Part shown: one piece after another, positions 8,805-18,173 of the stretch
Position numbering within the stretch: position 1 is the stretch's first letter
Layout of the letters: each line of letters opens with the position of its first letter
NCBI GenBank assembly: GCA_913040915.1
Contig: CAJWHW010000001.1
Coordinates: forward strand, 1-64,000
Direction of reading: 5' to 3'
Origin: an uncultured Fidelibacterota bacterium
Lineage (GTDB): Bacteria > Fidelibacterota > Marinisomatia > Marinisomatales > UBA1611
Length of the DNA: 64,000 nt
Translations under genes and position numbers: made by a program
The notes under the pieces: model-generated
Databases searched by the model: none
Told to the model about the DNA's origin: nothing
The model's input: only the letters and a program-made list of their open reading frames with translations

Positions 8805-11800
8805 TTAAAATGTAGGTGAGAAATAACGAATCTCTTTCAAATTACCATTTTTATCATAAAAGAACCATTTGTCTACCATCTTCCCATTGCGGTATGCACC
8901 CTGCATTTCTTTTCTAGACCTATCATAATCCCACCAGCTGGTCCAGGTAGCATCTTTTTTCCCACCAGCATAATATCCTTCTGTTAGTCTTCCATCTTCA
9001 AACCAAGCTGTCCATTTGCCTTCTCTAGTTCCATCGCTAAATGTTCCCTCTTGAACCTTTTTGGAATTGTTATCCCAAAATATCCACAGCCCATCTGCAT
9101 TACCCTCGTTTAAATTACCTTCTTTTTCTTTTACACCATTTTTATGAAAAAATGTCCAGTGACCATTCATAATGCCACTATCGTAAGTCCCATGAGATTT
9201 AATATGCTCATTATCATACCACTCGGTCCACTTCCCATGTTTTTCCCCATTTTTATAACCACCTTGCTCTTGTTTCCCTCCGCTCCATGGCAAAACAGGT
9301 TCTGGTTCCGGTATATCTACAAGAATAATTTCCGGCACATCTTTGCCGCTTGGGTACCATTTTACCCACTGACCATCTTTTTTACCTTTATTGGTGCGAC
9401 CCAAAAACAAATAACCAACTTCTTGGTTTTCTTGAGTGATAATTCCAGTAAATGGGATTTCATCACCAATTTTATAAAAGATAGAATTGCGCTCTACTAA
9501 ATCTTCTAAGGCAATGTGCTCTAGTCCTGTTCCAAAATCAAATTCAAAATCTTTTTCACCCTTTGAATTCCAATAAGTCCATATACTTTCAGGTAATCCA
9601 TCTTTGAAAAACCCTTCCCTTTGCATAGTGCCATCTTCATAATAATATGTAGTTAAACCTTCACGAATACCTGCCTGATGGAATCCCTGCTCTTTTATTT
9701 GGTCACTGCCATGGTACCAAATAATCCAAGGGCCTTCTGGCGTATCAGACTTATATGTAGTCATCGTGGTACGATAACCATCTTCCCAATAAGTACTTGG
9801 GCCATCAAGTCGACCATGTTTATAATATTTTTCATCTTGTTTTTCTTCTGTTGTAAGCCACAGAGTTGATCTACCATCTCGCTTACCTCCTGAAAATGTT
9901 ATTTCTTCAGAAACAGAGCCATCCGTCTCATAGTACAGCCACAGTCCATCTTGCTCATTTGTAATATAGTTGCCCTCTGATTGTTTTACACCAGTTTCAT
10001 ACCACCAAGTCCAAACGCCATTTTTCTTACCATCTAAGTAGTGACCCTCCATTTCCTTATTATCATTAAGGTACCACCACCAATTCCATAGGACTTCCTC
10101 ATTTTCAGCTTTATAAGTGCCCCCGTTATACGACCAACTCCCATTGGTAAAAGTCAAATTATGATCGTGTTCATACCACCAGGTCCATTTTCCATGAGGT
10201 TTTCCTTTATGGTAAGTTTGTTCCATATGTAGATGGCCATTAGGATACCAGTATTTATAACTTCCATCCACGTTGCCCATATCAAATGTTCCACGTTCTT
10301 TTGGTAGACCGTCTTCATACCATAGGGTCCAATCACCGTGTTTTTTGCCGCGATAATAAACGCCGTCAACTTCTTTTTGTCCATTACGGTACCATTGCAC
10401 CCACTGCCCATCCCTCTTTCCTGAAGAAAAGCGTCCCAATAGGAGATAATCTTTAATGCCGCCTGTTTCAACCACCATACCAGTATAAGGTTTATGTTGA
10501 CCAATTTTATAAAAAATACCATCACGATTTTCCAATTCAGCAATACGAACCTGATCTAATCCCATTCCGTAATCAAACCCAAAATCCTTTGTCCCATCAA
10601 CCTTGTAATAACTCCAAACCCCTTCTGGTTCATTATCTCGGATTACGCCTTCGCGGTCTTTATTACCATTATCATACCAAATAGTGACTTTACCATTAAT
10701 ATCACCATTCACAAAGGTTTCTTCTAATTTTTTATGATCTGAATTATTCCATTGAGTCCAGATTCCGTGTTTCACTCCAGTTTTATATGTCCCTTCACGA
10801 TCTTTAACTCCATCTGGCCGCCACCAAATCCACTGACCATCCATTTCTCCATTACTGAAATTTTCCTGTGATTTCAATGTCCCATCATCATACCAAATTA
10901 ACCATTGACCGTGTTTTTCACCTTGGTTGTATTCACCTTCTATAACTTTATAGTTATCTGTATTCCATTCCAACACCTGACCATTTTTAATTCCTTTATC
11001 AAAACTAATTTCTTTTGTTTTTCGGCCGTCATCAGCCCAATATGTCCATTTGTTATCTAGCTTATTTTCAGCATATTGTCCAGTTTTTTCCTTAACAATA
11101 CCTCCTTCATACCATGATGTCCAATCTCCGTTTAATTTCCCATTTACGTATGTAGCTTGAAATTTTTTATTTCCATTTTCATACCATGATGTCCAAACAC
11201 TGTCCCGTTCCCCTTGAGTAAATTTTCGTTCTGATTTTTTTGCACCGTCTGAGAACCATTGGATCCAAAGTCCATCTTGTTGCCCATCAACAAATCGAGT
11301 TTGTTCTTTTTTAATTCCTGTCTTATAGTACCAAACCCATAAACCATTTTGTTTACCATTATCATAAAGACCTTCTTCAGATCTATTTCCATTTTCAAAC
11401 CAACGAATTAAAGTTCCGGCCAACTTACCACCTTGATAATTGGCTTCTTCCTTACGATTGCCATTATTATACCACATCGTCCATAATCCTTCTCGGTTAC
11501 CAGATGCATAGGTGCCTTCCATTTTCATTTGAGGAGGGTCATAAAATGTGTCTCCGTCTAGATCTAGCAAAACAGTTTCTGTAGAATCCCAAACACCATT
11601 ACCCTCACCCTCATCTTGAGTGTTGGGTTCACCATCTTCTCCAAAATCTTGATATACTTCGCCCTCGTACCAAAATGTCCAGAGTCCATCCCGAACTCCG
11701 TTGTTATAGTTACCATCGGTTTGAAGTGCCCCACTGGGGTAATATGTTTTCACCAACCCGTCGTTTTGAGCAAGCGCCACTGACGACAGAATGATAGATA

Positions 11801-11825
11801 AAACCAGTATTTTCCGCATGGTCAA
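8805..11825 (-). CDS. Large exported MORN-variant (YwqK-like) repeat protein; probable start ATG at 11819
   Basis: Signal peptide ending ALA-Q; dozens of ~24-aa repeats of the form EGxYxxGxxxGxWxxWYxNG. Confidence 0.85.
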   Translation of the reverse strand: MTMRKILVLSIILSSVALAQNDGLVKTYYPSGALQTDGNYNNGVRDGLWTFWYEGEVYQDFGEDGEPNTQDEGEGNGVWDSTETVLLDLDGDTFYDPPQMKMEGTYASGNREGLWTMWYNNGNRKEEANYQGGKLAGTLIRWFENGNRSEEGLYDNGKQNGLWVWYYKTGIKKEQTRFVDGQQDGLWIQWFSDGAKKSERKFTQGERDSVWTSWYENGNKKFQATYVNGKLNGDWTSWYEGGIVKEKTGQYAENKLDNKWTYWADDGRKTKEISFDKGIKNGQVLEWNTDNYKVIEGEYNQGEKHGQWLIWYDDGTLKSQENFSNGEMDGQWIWWRPDGVKDREGTYKTGVKHGIWTQWNNSDHKKLEETFVNGDINGKVTIWYDNGNKDREGVIRDNEPEGVWSYYKVDGTKDFGFDYGMGLDQVRIAELENRDGIFYKIGQHKPYTGMVVETGGIKDYLLLGRFSSGKRDGQWVQWYRNGQKEVDGVYYRGKKHGDWTLWYEDGLPKERGTFDMGNVDGSYKYWYPNGHLHMEQTYHKGKPHGKWTWWYEHDHNLTFTNGSWSYNGGTYKAENEEVLWNWWWYLNDNKEMEGHYLDGKKNGVWTWWYETGVKQSEGNYITNEQDGLWLYYETDGSVSEEITFSGGKRDGRSTLWLTTEEKQDEKYYKHGRLDGPSTYWEDGYRTTMTTYKSDTPEGPWIIWYHGSDQIKEQGFHQAGIREGLTTYYYEDGTMQREGFFKDGLPESIWTYWNSKGEKDFEFDFGTGLEHIALEDLVERNSIFYKIGDEIPFTGIITQENQEVGYLFLGRTNKGKKDGQWVKWYPSGKDVPEIILVDIPEPEPVLPWSGGKQEQGGYKNGEKHGKWTEWYDNEHIKSHGTYDSGIMNGHWTFFHKNGVKEKEGNLNEGNADGLWIFWDNNSKKVQEGTFSDGTREGKWTAWFEDGRLTEGYYAGGKKDATWTSWWDYDRSRKEMQGAYRNGKMVDKWFFYDKNGNLKEIRYFSPTF

Positions 11826-11910
11826 ATCCTCATTATCTGAAAGTTGAATAAGGGGAGGTTGTAATAGATGAAGGTTATTTCATCCCCCTCTCGGATACCT
11901 TTTGTATTAA

Positions 11911-11939
11911 AAGTTAAGATAATGAGACATTAAAGTCAA
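11911..11939 (-). promoter_or_regulatory. Sigma70-like promoter for the MORN-repeat gene
   Basis: TTGACT-17 nt-TAACTT on the minus strand. Confidence 0.55.
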
Positions 11940-11956
11940 AAAATTGTGTAAAAAGT

Positions 11957-12778
11957 TCATTCACCCTTATTTAGACGAATCCAGAAGCTTTGTCCAAATT
12001 TATCATTAAGATTTATCAAGCCCTCATTTGAATTATTTGTTCCCAAAAAAGCTGTTTCCGTCTCAAATTTATTGTTTGTTCGCAAATAACCACCGCCATC
12101 TCGTCCATTGCCTAAATACGCAGTCATTTTTCCAAACTGATTATAAGTACGAAAATAACCACTACCAAGAAACGTTCCTGTTTCTCCTGCGGCATCATAT
12201 ACTCTTAATTGGCCAGAACTATCAGCTCCAGTTCCCAGATAAACAGTTTCTTGACCGTCGAAATTATAAGTTCGTAAATACCCACCTCCGCTGGATCCAG
12301 TCCCCAGAAACAAAGTTCGCTCGCCAAATTGATTATAGGCCTGGTAATATCCTTCACCTAAGTAGGATGATGTCATACCTTCTTTGTTATAAATGCGTAA
12401 TTGCCCAGCATGGTCAGACCCAGTACCTAGATAAGAAGTTTCTTTTCCTGAATTATTGTAAGTGCGGATATATCCGCCACCCATGCGGCCTGTACCAACG
12501 TAAGCTGATTCATCACCGTTTCCATTATATGCTCTCATGTAACCTCCACCATCTTTACCTGTACCAATAAATAAAGTTGGTTCTCCATATTGGTTATAGG
12601 TTTGCATGTAACCGTTACCTAAGTACCCCATAATTACACCACGGTCATCTTCAATTGTTAGACTGCGCACTACTAAATGGCCTAATTCATCTGTTTTTGG
12701 ACGAAGTCCTAAAGTCGAAAAAATAAACAGTGTACCCAAAACACCGATAATTATACTTTTTGGATCAATGGTTTTCAT
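11957..12778 (-). CDS. Membrane-anchored/exported Gly-rich beta-repeat protein of unknown function
   Basis: N-terminal hydrophobic segment; about ten tandem 19-23-aa units of the form GGYxRxYNxxGxETxYLGTG. Confidence 0.75.
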   Translation of the reverse strand: MKTIDPKSIIIGVLGTLFIFSTLGLRPKTDELGHLVVRSLTIEDDRGVIMGYLGNGYMQTYNQYGEPTLFIGTGKDGGGYMRAYNGNGDESAYVGTGRMGGGYIRTYNNSGKETSYLGTGSDHAGQLRIYNKEGMTSSYLGEGYYQAYNQFGERTLFLGTGSSGGGYLRTYNFDGQETVYLGTGADSSGQLRVYDAAGETGTFLGSGYFRTYNQFGKMTAYLGNGRDGGGYLRTNNKFETETAFLGTNNSNEGLINLNDKFGQSFWIRLNKGE

Positions 12779-12819
12779 AACAATCTCCGGGAAATTTTAT
12801 CATTGGAATCATCCTGAAT

Positions 12820-13887
12820 TTACTCATATTCATAGGTTTGAAGCCTAACAGGAATTTTTCTATCATTTTGGCCTCGCCGCACCATATCATATTGTTTCAT
12901 TTGTCTTAGTAATCCATTGGCGTCATATGAATATACATTTTTTTCTAGTAATGTTTCTTCCCCATCTAACACTGCTTCTATATATGGACGTCCCATATCA
13001 TCGAGTAATAATTCCTTTTTTGAAATCAATTTCAAAGTAGAATCAGCAAGGTATTCATAATGTTTGAAATTATTATCATCATAAACTTTATTAATTGTTT
13101 CTTCTATTAATCCATCAGAGTTATAAAAAGTTGATTTAGTGCGCCTACCCAGAACATCATATTCAAAAGATATGGACCCTAGTGATTTGCCTAGCCTTTC
13201 TAAGGATATTTCGTGAGTCATTTGGCCCTGATTATCGTGAAAATAAATAGTCCTAAATATCACAGAAGGATCAAAATATTCTTCGCGCTTATGAGGGAGT
13301 TTTAGAGTATCTAGTTCATAAGTTGTTATTTCCAGAATATAATTATCATAAATTTCTTTGTGTTCTAAAATGGTGCCGGTAGAATCATAATCATAACTTT
13401 CTCCCCATATCATTTCTCCTGGATCTTCTTTTGAAACCATCATTTCTGGATTAATGGCTTTCTCTGGATTATAACGAATACGTTTTATTAACATGCCACG
13501 ATCATCATATTTTAAAAACTCTTTCCAATAAAGAGAGTCACCTTTTCCATAAAGAGCCGTACTGGTTCTTTTCCCTGTTCGGTTATTATTAAACCGGTAA
13601 GATAATACCATTTCTCGATTATAGCTTCTTTGCAGTTTAAGACCTTCATTTGGCCCCAAAACATATACATACTTTTCACTGAGCGGGAGACTATGAGTAT
13701 AAATTGTACTATCAACTAAAAACCCATTATTATCATAATTCATCACGATGGAATTTTTTAATTCCTGGGTTTCAGTGCCGAAGCTTGCAAACACATGATA
13801 AACCTTGATGGTGGTGGTTTTTCCATATAGGTTTGCAAAAAAGATTAAAATATACAACCAACGGGATCGATTTAAGATAGACAGCAT
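12820..13887 (-). CDS. Exported YD/RHS-like repeat protein
   Basis: Signal-like N-terminus; repeated YDxxG motifs (YDNNG, YDDRG, YDSTG, YDVLG, YDANG); ends YEYE. Confidence 0.65.
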   Translation of the reverse strand: MLSILNRSRWLYILIFFANLYGKTTTIKVYHVFASFGTETQELKNSIVMNYDNNGFLVDSTIYTHSLPLSEKYVYVLGPNEGLKLQRSYNREMVLSYRFNNNRTGKRTSTALYGKGDSLYWKEFLKYDDRGMLIKRIRYNPEKAINPEMMVSKEDPGEMIWGESYDYDSTGTILEHKEIYDNYILEITTYELDTLKLPHKREEYFDPSVIFRTIYFHDNQGQMTHEISLERLGKSLGSISFEYDVLGRRTKSTFYNSDGLIEETINKVYDDNNFKHYEYLADSTLKLISKKELLLDDMGRPYIEAVLDGEETLLEKNVYSYDANGLLRQMKQYDMVRRGQNDRKIPVRLQTYEYE

Positions 13888-13893
13888 TGGTAA

Positions 13894-13922
13894 ATTTTAT
13901 AGAGTGAATTGCGAAAATTCAA
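13894..13922 (-). promoter_or_regulatory. Sigma70-like promoter 6 nt upstream of the ATG (leaderless-type)
   Basis: TTGAAT-17 nt-TAAAAT-6 nt-ATG(13887). Confidence 0.55.
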
Positions 13923-14072
13923 ATGATCAATAAAATAATTACATTACCTGCATAGCTTTGATTAATGACACTAAAAGTACGCCTAAAACATGATATTCAT
14001 CATAAGATTGTATACTTATCTTTATAATATATCATCGGTAATCAATTCTTTTTTAATTTTACCATCATTAAA

Positions 14073-15719
14073 ATGGCAATAAAAGAATTCTATCAATCAA
14101 TTATGAAAGCAAATATAGGCTTCGCATTGTTTCACAAACTTCTTATTACTGTAACAGCCACTACTGCTCTTATTGCTGAAAACTATTTAGTAGATCTTCA
14201 ATATATCGTTCGAGCGAATGGCATTGAAATGAGATTAACTTATTCATCCCCATTAAAAAATGATAAAATTATTGCCTTGAAATCTCATCACAAAAAAATA
14301 TACTTAACATTATTGGATGTAAAACATCCCATTGAACTTTTTCCTAGTATGAAACCAGACAGTCCTATTTCTAGTGTGGTTATCGATGATTTTGATGGGT
14401 CTACCCAACTTGCCTTTATGTTTAAACAGCCTATAATAGATTATGGTATTATGAATACTCCCATAAACAATGAGTCAAAGTTATTTATATATTTATCTAG
14501 TTCAAAAAACCTAGTCAATCTGGATACTCAATTCCATCAAACCAAATTGCAACTTCCAAGTTTTCCTGAATATAAAGTGCAGGTATTTGATACAGCTTTT
14601 TCCCAAGCCCGAGATGAACTCGGAGCAAATGCAATTTTCAAATACAATAATAAATTCTACATAACAAATTATCTTGATGAGTATACAGAAACTCCCATAT
14701 CCGTTTTTGTTAAGGATGTTCAAGGGGAAGAAGTCAAGCAAGAAAAAATTATAAAAAATCTAAATTTGATAACAACAAACACAGAAAAGAAAAAAGAACA
14801 AAACTCTACAGAAGAGTTTGATCCACTTTTGAAACAATTATATAATCATTTGCCAAACACTCCATTAACTCCCCCAACACCTGTATTACAACTTGCGCCA
14901 AAACAATATGCGATAGAGTCAAACAAAACAGCTATTATCTCACAAACGGAACATAAGACAAATGGAAGATCAGCAAAAGAAATTCCTATGGAGCCTATAT
15001 ATGAGACTCCTCTCAAAAGATTTGCAGAACCCCAAGTAGCTATGATAATCCAAAATGACTATCAAGTAAGCAGTCACGTTTCAGATGATTTTTCTATTTT
15101 AAATCAGGTAGGATTTGAGCCTTCTATCGGTTTTCCTAAAGAGAATTCCTCAGATATACCAGAAATAGTGGAGTGGATAGACCATGAAATCTTTGAACAT
15201 ATGGAAGAAACTGAATTGGGTTGGCAATCTCCAAAAGAATTAAATGTTCCTGCATTTAAGCGGAAAGAATTACCGCAATCAGAATTAGACAAAAAACAAT
15301 GGTATCATATTAAAAATAATTATAGAGATAAAACAAATGCAGGAATAAGAGTCACATCTAATATGGATGGTGTCCCTATATATGTTGATGGAAAAATGAT
15401 GGGTAAAACACCATTAAATGGAGCGATAAAAATACAACCAGGATGGCACCAGGTAAGTGGTTTTTCTCCTGTATTTGCCCAAATTGTAGCAGATGGTGGC
15501 TTATATGAGCTTGGCGCTGATCCGATTACCCGCAACAATCAACTTTTTGGATCAAAAATGATATACGTTGAAATTGGAAAAGTAACAGTTGTGAATTTAA
15601 AGTTTAATAAAATTGACCCCGAGCCTACTAAAAAATGGATCCAGAATGCTGGTGGCATGATGATAGGTTTTCCTGTGATTATGGCTATGTTTGGTTTTAT
15701 TACCTGGGGCATTATATAA
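14073..15719 (+). CDS. Exported protein: AMIN-like N-domain, low-complexity linker, PEGA domain, C-terminal TM
   Basis: PEGA motif IRVTSNMDGVPIYVDGKMMGKTPL...PGWHQV; visible paralogue of 24694..26127; hydrophobic C-terminus. The AMIN call is tentative. Confidence 0.7.
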   Translation: MAIKEFYQSIMKANIGFALFHKLLITVTATTALIAENYLVDLQYIVRANGIEMRLTYSSPLKNDKIIALKSHHKKIYLTLLDVKHPIELFPSMKPDSPISSVVIDDFDGSTQLAFMFKQPIIDYGIMNTPINNESKLFIYLSSSKNLVNLDTQFHQTKLQLPSFPEYKVQVFDTAFSQARDELGANAIFKYNNKFYITNYLDEYTETPISVFVKDVQGEEVKQEKIIKNLNLITTNTEKKKEQNSTEEFDPLLKQLYNHLPNTPLTPPTPVLQLAPKQYAIESNKTAIISQTEHKTNGRSAKEIPMEPIYETPLKRFAEPQVAMIIQNDYQVSSHVSDDFSILNQVGFEPSIGFPKENSSDIPEIVEWIDHEIFEHMEETELGWQSPKELNVPAFKRKELPQSELDKKQWYHIKNNYRDKTNAGIRVTSNMDGVPIYVDGKMMGKTPLNGAIKIQPGWHQVSGFSPVFAQIVADGGLYELGADPITRNNQLFGSKMIYVEIGKVTVVNLKFNKIDPEPTKKWIQNAGGMMIGFPVIMAMFGFITWGII

Positions 15720-15761
15720 AAGTACTATTCTCTTTTCTTTTCATCTATTCAATTTAACTAC

Positions 15762-16976
15762 ATGATTCTTCAAGATAAAATTCGGAAACATATACTTTCA
15801 AAAACTGTTTCTACTAATAATCGAACTATTGGTATGGAAGAGGAATGTATCCTTTATACAAATGACGGACGTCGGCTTCCTGTTAATCCATGTGATGAGT
15901 TTTCAGCTATAGATTTACTCCAAATCATAAATGAACAGATTGGTGATAATGGTTTCTATACATTAGAGCCAGGTGGACAATTAGAATGGTCTAGTCCACC
16001 GTTTAAGGACTTAAATAATTTATACGCCTCATTGAAAAAACATAAAGAATTATTAGGGAATATTATTGAAACTTATTCACTAGATATTGTGAGTTTTGGA
16101 ATAGAGCCGAATTATTCACCTGAAGACATTGACCTTATTGATCAATTGAAGTACCAACTTATGGATACCAATATGGAGCGTAATGGTACTATGGGGAAAT
16201 GGATGATGCGAAATAGTGCCAGCATCCAAATTAATTTTGATATTGTTAATGAAAAAGATTTAGAAGAAATGGTTTTTGTTGCAGATTGTCTCCACCCTAT
16301 TTGTGCATATATTTTTTCTAATAGTCCAAGACAACGTGGAAAAATAGTAGGCGTAAAAAACCTTAGAAATATTGTTTGGGAGAATACCGATAGTCTTCGA
16401 TGTCGAAATTTGATTGATCACGGCATAAATTGCCCAGAAAAATTGTTAGATAAATTTATAGATTATATGCTGATGGTGCCCGGAATATTTCAATTAGATG
16501 TTGTAGGAGACATGGTAGCTACTGATCAAACCCTAGGTAGTCGGTTACAAAAATTAGAACAATCTGGCAAAATTCGGGATGATGATATTAAAACCGCATT
16601 ACAACAAATTTTCACTAATGTGCGCCTAAAAGATCTTGTTGAAGTACGAGGTTCAGATCGAACACCAATAGGATATGAAATGGCCCCAGTAGCTTTTTGG
16701 ACTGGCATTCTCACAGTTAATTCAGTGCGTGATCAAATTTTATCCGTTGTGAAAAATTGGACTATTGAAGAAAGAAATGATTTTAATAAGGCTGCTCTTA
16801 TTCTAGATGATGAACAAATTGGTCCAAATGGGGACACCTATAGAGAATGGAATATGTGGGCTGGAGATTTAGCTATTGAGGGTCTCCAGGAACGAGGCCT
16901 CAGAGAGGAAAGGTTTTTTAATGAGTTTTTTTCTATCGTAAAGTCTCAGGGGCCATTCAGCTTGCAGTCACAGTAA
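15762..16976 (+). CDS. Glutamate-cysteine ligase family 2 (GshA/EgtA-like)
   Basis: IGMEEE, TLEPGGQLEWS, MMRNSASIQINFD, NSP, VEVRGSD. Confidence 0.85.
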   Translation: MILQDKIRKHILSKTVSTNNRTIGMEEECILYTNDGRRLPVNPCDEFSAIDLLQIINEQIGDNGFYTLEPGGQLEWSSPPFKDLNNLYASLKKHKELLGNIIETYSLDIVSFGIEPNYSPEDIDLIDQLKYQLMDTNMERNGTMGKWMMRNSASIQINFDIVNEKDLEEMVFVADCLHPICAYIFSNSPRQRGKIVGVKNLRNIVWENTDSLRCRNLIDHGINCPEKLLDKFIDYMLMVPGIFQLDVVGDMVATDQTLGSRLQKLEQSGKIRDDDIKTALQQIFTNVRLKDLVEVRGSDRTPIGYEMAPVAFWTGILTVNSVRDQILSVVKNWTIEERNDFNKAALILDDEQIGPNGDTYREWNMWAGDLAIEGLQERGLREERFFNEFFSIVKSQGPFSLQSQ

Positions 16977-17426
16977 ATGAAGAACAAAACAAAACATAAT
17001 CTTATTTGGGGTCCATTATTTCTGATTGGGATCGGAGCAGTCGGACTTGGTCTTTGCTGGCTTGTCCATACAGAACCTTGGATGTTAGACCAACTCCCTA
17101 ATGAAGCATTGTTGCAAACATCTTTTAGTAATTTATTTGCTTCTGATATCAATACATATTTGCCAGAATATTTACGGGTTATTTATCGTTTTTTGGGTTT
17201 GTGGGTTATCTCTATTGGCCTTCTTATTATTACCTATGTCCAAGTAACCAGGCTGGGTACGCCCCTTTCTAGAATTTCAATACTAGGGGTACTGTTTTGC
17301 ATTTTAATTGGTATAGGATATATGGTTTTCAATTTTATTCCATTATCGCCATTTACAACGATACTATATTTACAAGCAGGTTTATTGATCACCAGTGCAT
17401 ATTTTTCTACACAACTGAAAGATTAG
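16977..17426 (+). CDS. Hypothetical membrane protein (about 4 TM)
   Basis: Four hydrophobic segments; starts immediately after the gshA-like stop. Confidence 0.65.
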   Translation: MKNKTKHNLIWGPLFLIGIGAVGLGLCWLVHTEPWMLDQLPNEALLQTSFSNLFASDINTYLPEYLRVIYRFLGLWVISIGLLIITYVQVTRLGTPLSRISILGVLFCILIGIGYMVFNFIPLSPFTTILYLQAGLLITSAYFSTQLKD

Positions 17427-17498
17427 TGTACCAAATCTTTGTGTATGAACATATTTGAAGCCTTAATTTCTAACCTAAGATTATAGATAATTTTCTGT

Positions 17499-18173
17499 AT
17501 GGATACTTATTTTACATCTACGCTTTTCAATAAAATGCTTGCAGCCCTGTCCGGCTTATTTTTAGTTTTATTCCTTATAGGTCACTTAGCCGGGAATCTT
17601 CAATTAATTTTTTTATCAGAAGATATTGCACAAAAGCAGTTTAATGAGTATGCAAAGTTTATGACTACAAATCCTGGAGTGAAGATTCTTTCGTTATTAA
17701 CTTATGGATCTATTCTTTTGCATACGATATTAACTCTTTCATTAGCCTTCCAATCTAAACGCGCTAGACCAGTGAGTTATGCTGCATCACATGGGTCAAA
17801 TAATGCTACATGGATTTCAAGAAACATGCCTCTACTGGGAATCTTTATATTGATATTTTTAGTCGTCCACTTGCGAAGTTTTTGGTATGAAATGCATTGG
17901 GGTACTATTGGGGATGATCCTTGGGGGAACCGGGACTTATTTACAGTAACAGTAACAGCTTTTAAAGAGTTATGGTATGTCATTTTTTATGTTTTCAGTT
18001 TTATTTTATTATCATTCCACTTACAGCATGGCATAGCATCTGGATTTCAATCCTTAGGGCTAAAAACAAAAAAATACATAAAAACGATTGAAAAATTAGC
18101 AATCGCATTGGCTATTTTAATCCCAATGGCATTTGCTAGTATTCCCATTATAATATATTTAGAGGTTCATTAA
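17499..18173 (+). CDS. sdhC: Succinate dehydrogenase/fumarate reductase cytochrome b subunit (b558 family)
   Basis: [16 protein letters not shown], heme His residues, [14 protein letters not shown]; precedes sdhA. Confidence 0.92.
   Translation: MDTYFTSTLFNKMLAALSGLFLVLFLIGHLAGNLQLIFLSEDIAQKQFNEYAKFMTTNPGVKILSLLTYGSILLHTILTLSLAFQSKRARPVSYAASHGSNNATWISRNMPLLGIFILIFLVVHLRSFWYEMHWGTIGDDPWGNRDLFTVTVTAFKELWYVIFYVFSFILLSFHLQHGIASGFQSLGLKTKKYIKTIEKLAIALAILIPMAFASIPIIIYLEVH

Noticed and set aside
11829..11926. Possible SAM-I riboswitch or Fur box suggested by TTATC...GATAA and GATAATGA
   Set aside because: SAM-I core motifs are absent and the spacing does not fit the Fur 7-1-7 consensus; kept only as a generic structured-leader note.
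8805..13887. RHS toxin / YwqK antitoxin pair
   Set aside because: No RHS core end motif (DPxG) or toxin domain, and both proteins carry export signals.
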